From contig CAYOJJ010000006.1 of NCBI GenBank assembly GCA_964404255.1, positions 11,567 to 75,566 of the forward strand: a DNA stretch of 64,000 nucleotides, read 5' to 3'. How positions within the stretch are numbered: position 1 is the stretch's first letter; each line of letters starts with the position of its first letter. The notes under the pieces were generated by a model, which was given only the letters and a program-made list of their open reading frames with translations, was not told the origin of the DNA and made no database searches. The translations under genes were made by a program, and so were the position numbers. This document shows, in pieces, positions 51,150 to 59,800 of the stretch. Source of the stretch: an uncultured Alphaproteobacteria bacterium. GTDB taxonomy: Bacteria > Bacteroidota > Ignavibacteria > Palsa-1295.

Positions 51150-52780
51150 AAATTATATCATTTAATCCCGGTCATGATGGCGCTTTTGTTTACCTCGAAG
51201 ACGGGCAGTTGATTGCCTCGATTGAAGCTGAGAAAAACTCTCGTTATCGTCACTCGCCGCTTTCTGTGCCAGATGCGTTCAGCATTCTAGGTGAACTTAG
51301 AGAGGTGCCGGATGTGCTTTGTAGAGGAGGGTGGTGGCCAGGCAATTCTCTTTCGTCTGAGCAGCGCTCTCTTGCTGGATACTATGGTTTAAGCAACAGT
51401 GATATTATCACCGGTCAAAAACGCCTTTTAGGAAAGAATGTTGATTATTTCTCCTCTTCGCACGAACGATCCCATCTTCTTTGCGCCTTTGGTATGTCAG
51501 ATTTACCAAAGGGAACCCCCTGCTACGCTCTACTTTGGGAAGGCGTGATCGGTTCGTTTTACGAAATTGATGCTGAGTTAAATTTGACAAAACTCGCGGA
51601 TGTTATGCCTGAGCCAGGACATCGATATGCCTTGCTTTACGGCTTGGCTGACCCAACCTTTGATAAAAAAAATGCAGAATTCTCGCGATTTTCCGACGCA
51701 GGGAAGTTAATGGCATTAACTTCATTTTCGAAGAGAAGCAAACCTACGGATGAGGAGGAAAAGATAATAGAGTTTCTAATGCAAGACACTCTTCATCTAA
51801 AGGCATACGAGTGCGAAGCCTTAAGACATTATTGTCACTATAATGTAGGATTGGATGATGTTGAGTTTCGTAACTTCACAGGTATAGTAAGCGATAGAAT
51901 ATTTGATCGTTTTTATCAGTATGCCAAATTGAAGATGAAGAGAAACATGCCGCTGCTCATTACTGGTGGGTGTGGTCTTAATTGTGATTGGAATTCGAAA
52001 TGGAGCGAGGCTAATCTCTTTTCGGAAATATTTGTACCACCTGTCGCCAATGATTCAGGGTCAGCTATTGGCACGGCGATTGATGCCCAATTCCATTTCA
52101 CTGGCAATCCTAAGATAAATTGGAGTGTCTACTCTGGTCTTGAATTTAATGCTGAGGGCCCATTTGATGCATCATTATTTGACGAGTACGAAACAAGTTA
52201 TACAATGATTTCTGAAATGCTTGCAAATGATTTGATTGTCGGATGGGTAGATGGGAAATATGAAATTGGCCCTCGTGCCTTGGGAAATCGTTCAATTCTT
52301 GCTTCACCCTTTCATGAAAGCACTAGAATTCGGCTAAACGAGATTAAGCAGCGCGAACAGTTTCGCCCAATTGCACCTGTTTGCTTAGAAGAAGATGCTC
52401 CAAGATGGTTTAATTGCAATCAGTCTAGCCCATATATGCTTTACACGAAGATTGTTTCTACAGATGCTCTCGCTGCGGTGACCCACGTCAATGGTACTGC
52501 ACGTATACAAACGGTATCTAATAAAACCAACAGCCACTTATATAAATTGCTTATTGCCTTCAAGGCACTCACTGGCTATGGGGTTTTGTGTAATACTTCT
52601 TTGAATTTCAAGGGGAGAGGATTCATAAACAATATTGCTGATCTCGCAACATATACAATAGACCACAATTTGGATGGATTTGTAATTGCAGAAAAATGCT
52701 ATATGTTAAGGAGCTCTAAAAGTTATCAGGCCTATCTTAGTATCAAAAATTCAGTACGGCACAGGGAACGCCAAAATTGA
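51146..52780 (+). CDS. Carbamoyltransferase, NodU/CmcH family
   Basis: MKIISFNPGHDGAFVYLEDGQLIASIEAEKNSRYRHS is a carbamoyltransferase N-terminal signature; 544 aa. ATGA overlap with the previous gene. Confidence 0.75.
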   Translation: MKIISFNPGHDGAFVYLEDGQLIASIEAEKNSRYRHSPLSVPDAFSILGELREVPDVLCRGGWWPGNSLSSEQRSLAGYYGLSNSDIITGQKRLLGKNVDYFSSSHERSHLLCAFGMSDLPKGTPCYALLWEGVIGSFYEIDAELNLTKLADVMPEPGHRYALLYGLADPTFDKKNAEFSRFSDAGKLMALTSFSKRSKPTDEEEKIIEFLMQDTLHLKAYECEALRHYCHYNVGLDDVEFRNFTGIVSDRIFDRFYQYAKLKMKRNMPLLITGGCGLNCDWNSKWSEANLFSEIFVPPVANDSGSAIGTAIDAQFHFTGNPKINWSVYSGLEFNAEGPFDASLFDEYETSYTMISEMLANDLIVGWVDGKYEIGPRALGNRSILASPFHESTRIRLNEIKQREQFRPIAPVCLEEDAPRWFNCNQSSPYMLYTKIVSTDALAAVTHVNGTARIQTVSNKTNSHLYKLLIAFKALTGYGVLCNTSLNFKGRGFINNIADLATYTIDHNLDGFVIAEKCYMLRSSKSYQAYLSIKNSVRHRERQN

Positions 52781-52861
52781 GACTATCGAGAAGTTGTCGG
52801 CAACATTAGAAATAGAAATGTACAAACTGTTTATTAAAGACTCTTATTTGAAATAATAACG

Positions 52862-52890
52862 AAGCCGCTCAAACGCGGCTTTTTATTTTG
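52862..52890 (+). terminator. Rho-independent terminator of glycan cassette
   Basis: AAGCCGCTCAAACGCGGCTTTTTATTTT. Confidence 0.75.
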
Positions 52891-52909
52891 AAATGGGTGC
52901 TGCTTTTTA

Positions 52910-52978
52910 ATTAGTATCAGGGTCATAGGGTCAAACCCCTATAGGTTTGACCCTATGACCCTTTGACCCTGGGGTTGC
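52910..52978. repeat. Right copy of palindrome-containing direct repeat (ATTAGTATCAGGGTCATAGGGTCAAACC-CCTATAGG-GTTTGACCCTATGACCCTTTGACCCTGG)
   Basis: Near-perfect 18-nt inverted arms around a palindromic centre. It shares the ATTAGT...AGGGTCA.AGGGTCA...ATGACCCTTTGACCCT backbone with the 47676-47745 copy. Confidence 0.75.
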
Positions 52979-54044
52979 GGTAGTGCCCTGGGCGTCCTTT
53001 GGTTAATCCTTCTCTAATACCTCTTTTGGCAGTGGAGTGTGATACCTCGAACTGGTCCTGGTAGCGCTGAAGTAATTCCCCATACGGCAGTTCTTCCTCG
53101 TCATCCTCAAAGAGGAGGGAGCAATCTCTTTCCGGTTTATAACTTCCGGGTAGGGTAAAATCGCTGTGGGGCCGTTCGTTGCCGGTGCGGGTAAAGGTAA
53201 GGGAGTGCTCATGAAACTGCAATTCGAGCGCTTTTTCTTTTAGTTTGCCGGAGACTCCATTACCTTTAAGCACCGAAAGGTATCGTATGCCTTCTGCTTC
53301 TCCTTTTCTGAGTTCGAGCAGCAATCTCGTTTTTTGTCCCAGTGCACCGGCGCCTTGTACATGCCGTTGGTTCGGAGCTACGGAATAGGCCGCTTTATTT
53401 AAGTGATGGATAAACAAAAGAAGGCATTCGAATTTATTGGCCAGCAGCGCAAAGGGTTTGAGAAATGCCCGTACATCGGTGTTCGAATTTCCATCCCTGC
53501 CGTTAAAGAGATCGCCGTAGCTATCTAAGACGATCAGATCCACGGGGTTTGCTGAAAGCATCGTGAACAGGTTCTCTAAGAGGGCCTTGGTATGTATCTG
53601 ATCGGCAAAGACTATTTGCAGGTGGTCGCGGTTGCAGCTTGCCGTATGATCTGCGCTAGCCTGCAATTGCTTTGTAAAGGCAAATTGGGTGGTATCGATG
53701 CTATCCTCGGTGGAAACATAGATGGCTCTCGAGTGGCGAAGCGATAAGGGAAAGCCAAGAAATTCGCTGCGGCCAAGGGAAATACTTAAGGCCAGTTCTC
53801 GGCAAAACATCGACTTCCCGCTATCGGGAGCACCGGCAATCGCTGCTAATCCCATCACCGGCATGATAGCGCCCCAGAGGTAGCGGTGCGGGGTGCTCTG
53901 GCGCTCGAGTAACTGGCCGAGCGAAAAGATGTATTGCTCGGATTCCGATTCATTCTCCGCTTGCTTGAAGAACGAGTCTAAGTCGGCGATAGAAGATTCG
54001 GGTTGAAAGATGGAATTCACGGCTTCTTCCGTACTGGGGTTCAT
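52953..54044 (-). CDS. AAA_25/RepA-like RecA-fold ATPase (mobile-element replicative helicase-like)
   Basis: Walker A GAPDSGKSM and Walker B-like IVLDSYGDLF, ~363 aa. The 5' part of the longest ORF overlaps the repeat, so the true start may be downstream. Confidence 0.6.
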   Translation of the reverse strand: MNPSTEEAVNSIFQPESSIADLDSFFKQAENESESEQYIFSLGQLLERQSTPHRYLWGAIMPVMGLAAIAGAPDSGKSMFCRELALSISLGRSEFLGFPLSLRHSRAIYVSTEDSIDTTQFAFTKQLQASADHTASCNRDHLQIVFADQIHTKALLENLFTMLSANPVDLIVLDSYGDLFNGRDGNSNTDVRAFLKPFALLANKFECLLLFIHHLNKAAYSVAPNQRHVQGAGALGQKTRLLLELRKGEAEGIRYLSVLKGNGVSGKLKEKALELQFHEHSLTFTRTGNERPHSDFTLPGSYKPERDCSLLFEDDEEELPYGELLQRYQDQFEVSHSTAKRGIREGLTKGRPGHYRNPRVKGS

Positions 54045-55057
54045 TGGGTGAGTTCTTTCTCTATGTATTCTTTGTAAATGAGATCGGCAGCGTCAAGCCC
54101 GTCCGAAGGATCGGTTGTCAGTTTCCATTGGTCAAGTTTCTCGGCCTGGCAATTGATATCAGTGAGAATCTTGCACGCCTTCTGTGCACCGGTTTCACCG
54201 GCAGTATCGCAATCGTATAATACTTTAACGGTTCTTCCACGAAGGATGAGCGCTTTCTCTTTAGTAAGTCCGTTCGCACCGCCGCTTGCAATCCATATAA
54301 ATTCCGGTTTATGATGACTTAAAATGATAGCCGTTTTTTCCGACTCAACAAGAATAATTTGCGTGTTCCGATTATACGGCACCCCGTACCGATTCTTAAA
54401 TCCCGCACATAACTGATGTTCGCCAAAAAGGCAGGTGTGAAATCCCTCCGATTTTGAATACAGGAAGGAAGCGGGGGAGTGCTTATCGCGGTGGAAGCCA
54501 TCCGGTAAATACTTTATTTTCTTGGCGTTGACATATTGTTGCCGGTAATTCTGGTACCAATAGAGCACGGCTCCATCCGAAGCGAAGCCGATATTCCAGT
54601 CCGATAAAATGCTTTCTCTGGTCAAGCGGATTATTGTCTCAGCAAACGGATGTACTGCGCGAAGCCTTTTAAGCTCCGAGTGCAGGCGTTGGCTTGTAAG
54701 CCCTGAACGCTCGTTTGCTTCTGCGGTCGTTAAGCCACCATCAAACTCCATAATAGCTGCCCTTTCTTCAAATGAGTCGCATTCGGTATTCTGATCTTCG
54801 CTAGCGAACCCTACAATGGTTTTGGCCACCTGTTGCCGATTGATGAATTGCTGCAATTGCTGTGGCCTTGTCTTCTTGCCCTGTTCTCGATGGGCATTCG
54901 CCGTATCGGTTATTGGTGGAAAGATGGTACTGTCACAGGAAAAGCAATGCCCAAAGTGCTCGTGTCCTTTGAACGCAGCAAAGGCAGTCCGAGCAGCACA
55001 TCGGGGGCACCGTGTTCTTTTATTTGAATAAGAATATGTTGGGAATGCAGTAGCCAT
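54041..55057 (-). CDS. DNA primase with CHC2-type zinc finger and Toprim domain (P4-alpha/mobile-element type)
   Basis: N-terminal CPRCAARTAF...GHCFSCDS zinc finger and a C-terminal Toprim region (ILVESEKTAIIL ... VLYDCDTAGETGAQK). ATGA overlap with the ATPase gene. Confidence 0.65.
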   Translation of the reverse strand: MATAFPTYSYSNKRTRCPRCAARTAFAAFKGHEHFGHCFSCDSTIFPPITDTANAHREQGKKTRPQQLQQFINRQQVAKTIVGFASEDQNTECDSFEERAAIMEFDGGLTTAEANERSGLTSQRLHSELKRLRAVHPFAETIIRLTRESILSDWNIGFASDGAVLYWYQNYRQQYVNAKKIKYLPDGFHRDKHSPASFLYSKSEGFHTCLFGEHQLCAGFKNRYGVPYNRNTQIILVESEKTAIILSHHKPEFIWIASGGANGLTKEKALILRGRTVKVLYDCDTAGETGAQKACKILTDINCQAEKLDQWKLTTDPSDGLDAADLIYKEYIEKELTQ

Positions 55058-55225
55058 CGGATCCAGCGGTTGCTAAGACAACATGGCCCGAGCCAAGTGC
55101 CTATAGCTCGGTGGAGGATTGCGGTTTTTCAAATGCATCTGGGCCGAGTTGCCTATTAGTTTGAGACCTAATTTTTAAAATGGTGTCTTACTATACGTGT
55201 ATATTGTGCAGCAGTATTTCTGGTT

Positions 55226-55789
55226 GTGAAACGCCGTCAGTTAACCGATGAGGAATTAATAGCAGGGCTGCGTGGGACTCACCGCGAAGCTGAAATCGCA
55301 TTTACCGAAATCTACAGCCGATATGCACAGCGAACCTATGCGTTCATCTTACGAATGATGGGCGATGGTGCCGCCAGTGAAGATATTCTGCAAGAGGTCT
55401 TTCTTAAATTCTTCAATGCCACCCGGCAGCAATTAGTCTTTACTAACCTTCGGGCATTCATTTTTATGATCGCGCGTAACCAGTGTCTTAATTACAAGCG
55501 GGATGTGCCGCAAACCGAATCGATCGAGCACATGGAATTCGTGGTTCACGAATTTTCAGGAGCGATCGAGCAGAATGAGTTACTGCAGTTGGTTACCTTA
55601 TCGCTGGAGTTACTCGAGATCGAATTTCGAGAAGCGTTTGTGCTCAAGTATTACCAGGGGTATTCGTATGAGGAGATGTCTCAGCTAACCGGCGATACGA
55701 TACCGGCACTCAAGAATAGAGTATGGCGGGCCAAAGAACAAATACGCCGGGCATTGAAACCCTATATAATAGAAGAGCAAAATAAATAG
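55226..55789 (+). CDS. RNA polymerase ECF-type sigma factor
   Basis: Sigma70 region 2 (RYAQRTYAFILRMMGDGAASEDILQEVFLKFF) and region 4 (FREAFVLKYYQGYSYEEMSQLTG). Confidence 0.8.
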   Translation: MKRRQLTDEELIAGLRGTHREAEIAFTEIYSRYAQRTYAFILRMMGDGAASEDILQEVFLKFFNATRQQLVFTNLRAFIFMIARNQCLNYKRDVPQTESIEHMEFVVHEFSGAIEQNELLQLVTLSLELLEIEFREAFVLKYYQGYSYEEMSQLTGDTIPALKNRVWRAKEQIRRALKPYIIEEQNK

Positions 55790-55803
55790 TACTACCTATA
55801 GTT

Positions 55804-56865
55804 ATGTCCTACGAAAAACGGATTCACGATTATTTGGCGGGCGAACTCAGCCCGGAAGAAGAGCGGCGGCTCTTTGACGATCTTTCGGCCCATCCTGAAT
55901 GGCGGCACGAACTTACTGCTCAATTAAAGATCGAGCAGGCAGCCCAAAAAGATTTAGGGACGGTTGTTGTCCCGACTGCTGTGACGGCGGCTATTTTTTC
56001 CTCCCTGGATTTTGCGGCTCCCGATCAATCTATTGCTTCACCGGTAAAGACGATGACTGGAGTTACCGGAACAACTATTCTCTCTCGCTTTGGACTCTTT
56101 GCTATGGTATCAACGGTGTCGGCTATCATAGCAGTTGGATGCTTAGTATTTATGCTGTACCGCTCCTCGGAAACTACACCGATCGTACATTCTGCAAGCG
56201 CCCCTAACGTTTATTCATCGGTACATGATAGTGTACAAACTCACAGTTCTACCTCAGAGCCCAATCAGGTAGTTAAGGCTGCAACTTCGTCGCCTGCCGC
56301 CACAAAAGAAATGACGGCATTGAAAACTCCTTTTATCAAGACTATCCCCAACGAACCAATGAGGTTCTATTTTGATATCGGAAGATTTTCCTCTGTGGAT
56401 TATCTCACACAGAAAAAAATCATCGGTGTTGCCGACGAAGGAAAAATCTATTGTTCGGAAGATGGAGGCAAATCGTGGGAAATGCAAACGAGCGGGACTT
56501 CCAGCGATCTCTATGGAGTACATTTTATCGATACCACTCATGGTATTGCTGTCGGTGCGAAGGGTACCGTCTTACATACCAGTACTGCCGGAAGGGAATG
56601 GCAAAAAATGTCCAGCGGTACCGAAGCGACGCTGGCAACGGTTCGCTATGCTAATCGCGATACCGTTTATGCCTGTGGTGCACAGGGGACTATTATTCGG
56701 AGCACTTCCAGCGGGATACAATGGCAGCAGCTTGAAAGTGGTACAACGGCAAATTTATTTAAGATCAGATTTGAAAACGGTTCGACTGGTATTGTCGGCG
56801 GCGAACACAATCTGACGCTTGAAACCGATAATGCCGGTACTACCTGGCATGTGAAACCACAATAA
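55804..56865 (+). CDS. Anti-sigma factor: N-terminal zf-HC2-like segment, TM helix, C-terminal BNR/Ycf48-like beta-propeller
   Basis: N-terminus MSYEKRIHDYLAGELSPEEERRLFDDLSAHPEWRHEL and a TM segment. The C-terminus has repeated xTSGTxxxLxxVxFxxxxxGxAVGxxGTIL units. Confidence 0.6.
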   Translation: MSYEKRIHDYLAGELSPEEERRLFDDLSAHPEWRHELTAQLKIEQAAQKDLGTVVVPTAVTAAIFSSLDFAAPDQSIASPVKTMTGVTGTTILSRFGLFAMVSTVSAIIAVGCLVFMLYRSSETTPIVHSASAPNVYSSVHDSVQTHSSTSEPNQVVKAATSSPAATKEMTALKTPFIKTIPNEPMRFYFDIGRFSSVDYLTQKKIIGVADEGKIYCSEDGGKSWEMQTSGTSSDLYGVHFIDTTHGIAVGAKGTVLHTSTAGREWQKMSSGTEATLATVRYANRDTVYACGAQGTIIRSTSSGIQWQQLESGTTANLFKIRFENGSTGIVGGEHNLTLETDNAGTTWHVKPQ

Positions 56866-56879
56866 TAATCACGATCGTC

Positions 56880-59800
56880 ATGAAAGATATTGCTATGGCT
56901 ACTCACAGACGAGCTCAATGGTTAGTGCTGGGATTATTATTATGCGGAGCAATAAATATTGCTTCGGCTCAGGTCCCGAAGACTATCTCTTATCAGGGAA
57001 GAATTCAGCAGGGGACTTCGCTTGTGAGCGGCAAACATTTGCTGCACATTGCTTTTTATGATGCCGAGACCGGTGGAACAAAGCTCTACGAAGAATCTCA
57101 ACAGCAGGAAATCTCCGATGGATTATTCTCGATCGTGATCGGGACGGTCACTCCTTTCCCTGCTTCTTTGCCATTCGATAAACCATACTTTCTGGCTATA
57201 AGTATCGATGGTGCGGATGAACTACTGCCGAGAACTCCTATGACGAGTGTTCCTTACTCGCTTAATAGTCATTACGCGGAGTTAGCAAAAGGCCTTACTC
57301 CTGATGCGAATGGAGTTGTCACCAGTATTAATGAATTAAGCGGAGCTATTCGTATAACGGGTGATAGTACAACTGCTATTACGCAAACCGGTAATATAAT
57401 TTCTATTCATTCTTTCGGAAGTGGCAGCACAGCTACTGCCGGAATTCAATCGATTACGAGCCCGGATAAAACAATTGCAATAACCGGTACTGCCGGGCCA
57501 AGCACCACAATCGGTGTTGCCGATAACGCTATTACTACCTCAAAGCTCGCTAACGGTGCGGTTACTCTTTCAAAGATAAATCAGAGTGGCGCTAAAATTG
57601 GGCAGATCATTAAATGGAATGGCAGCTCCTGGGTTGCAGCAGATACGACTATTCCTTCTGCTTCGAATCTTATTCCGGGCACAACACCGAATAGCACCCT
57701 TAGATGGAATGGTACGCAATGGGTGGAAAATACCAATCTCCGCAGTGACGCAACTGGCAATACGAGCGTAAATGGCAGTACTACACTCGGTGATGGGACC
57801 GGTAATGATGACCTCACTATTCAACCCGGCTCCGGCGTAGTAAAGATAGCAGGTTTTGGAAAAGGAGTTGTAAAGAGCACGGCGGTGGGAGTTCTTTCAA
57901 GCACTGCTCTTGATTTAGCGAACGATGTGACCGGTATACTATCAGTCTCAAAAGGTGGTACGGGCGTCTCGACTCTTCCTGTAGGTCAACTGCTTGTCGG
58001 CAACGGAGTAAACCCAATTAGTACCATGAGCTTAAATGCCGGTGCAGGAATTGCTATTAGCTCGAATGGCAGCGCGCTAACTATTACTAATATAGATACA
58101 CTCCAATGGAAACTGCTGGGTAATACTACTATCAATCCTGCTACACAATTTTTAGGCACTACCGATCTGAATCCGATCCCATTTCGTACCAATAATATCG
58201 AGCACATGCGCCTTGATGCATCGGGAAAACTCGGTATCGGTACTACGGTGCCATCTCAATTGCTCGAAGTTAGAAATGGAAATATCCTTATTTCGAATTC
58301 CGGTACAGCAGGGAGTTTACAGATAGCCGCACCGGGAAACAGCTTGTCCACTGCTTTTACAACCTCATCTCAAACGGCCGATATAACATATAAATTACCT
58401 CCAAGCATTGGCACTGCTAATCAGGCGCTCGCCATTGCTTCGGTTTCCGGTACTACCGCTACGCTTGGTTGGGTTAATGCGGCAAGTGCTACGGCCTGGA
58501 ATCTCATCGGCAATAGCAGCACTACTGCCGGAACAAATTTTCTTGGTACCACCGATGATCAGCCACTGTATGTGCAAGTTAAAAATGGCGCGACGGTTTC
58601 CAATAGTCTTATTCTCAATCCTAATGGTTCGATCCAGCATAGCCCAACTCGCAATGCGAGAGGGGCTAGTGCAGTCGATCTTCAGCTCAATGGTGCGGTG
58701 GGCACTCATGTGGCCAGCGGTCAGTATTCGGTACTATCCGGTGGCAGAAATAATGTAGCGGGAGGGGATGGCTCTGTCGTTGCAGGTGGCGAAGGTAATT
58801 CTACCGTTTCAAATTATTCCGTTGTCGGCGGTGGAGCTTCTTCGGTTGCCGGGGGAAGTTATTCCGTTGTAAGCGGAGGAAATTTAAACAGTGCCAGTGG
58901 TGCACTCTCATCGGTGATCGGTGGAATAGCTAACGAGTCATTTGGTGCTCGTTCGTCAGTTCTTGGAGGCGGCTATTTAAAGTTAGGTGCCAATAGTGTC
59001 GGCTATAATTATGAATCCGGGACTACTATAACCAATATCAGTGCTCTGAGCAATCTGGCATATTTTGGTAATGTCGATATGATGATCGGTAATACCGATA
59101 ATACTGCGCGTGAGCTTCGCTTCTACGAACCTAATACGTCCTTCACGTATACTGCTACAAACTTCAGCTCCTTCAAAGCCGGCACACAGGCAAGCGATAT
59201 TATTTATATACTTCCAACTTCACAACCAACGGCTAATCAGGTTCTTTCGGCAACTTCTATAACAGGATCAGGGCCGTATACTATTGGGCTTGGTTGGACG
59301 AACAGTGCTAATGCAGCCTGGAATCTTACAGGTAATAGTGGGACGACGGATGGCACAAATTTTCTCGGCACTACTGATAACGTCCCATTCACTATTCGTG
59401 CAAATAATATACGGGCATTTCGGATAGAGCCGTTTGCAGGTGCAGTAAACATTATTGCGGGAATAAATACTAATAGTGTCGGAAGTGGATTTTCTGGAGC
59501 TACAATTTCCGGAGGAGGATCAACCTTTAGTCCAAATACTATTTCAAATTATTTTGCTACAATATCTGGTGGCGCCCAGAATACTGTTACGGCCAATGGA
59601 GGAGTGGTTGCCGGTGGTCAGGTGAATGCCGCAGGTGGTTCGGTTGGTTCTACGGTTAGCGGTGGTTTTTATAATACTGCAAGCGGTTCATTATCTAGTA
59701 TTGCCGGAGGTTCGAGTTTAAAAGTTGGAAATCTTAGTTTCGGATTCAATGGTGAGCAATATAGCATCAATCCAAGTACTACTATAACAGACATCTCTTC

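Noticed and set aside
47684-52975. AGGTCA/GGGTCA half-sites resembling nuclear-receptor response elements
   Set aside because: This is a coincidental resemblance and is irrelevant in a bacterium. They are recorded as palindromic repeat units instead.
54041-55057. Integrase/recombinase next to the tRNA-associated island
   Set aside because: The ORF has a CHC2 zinc finger plus a Toprim domain, which makes it a primase. It has no R..H..R..Y tyrosine-recombinase tetrad and no serine-recombinase motif.
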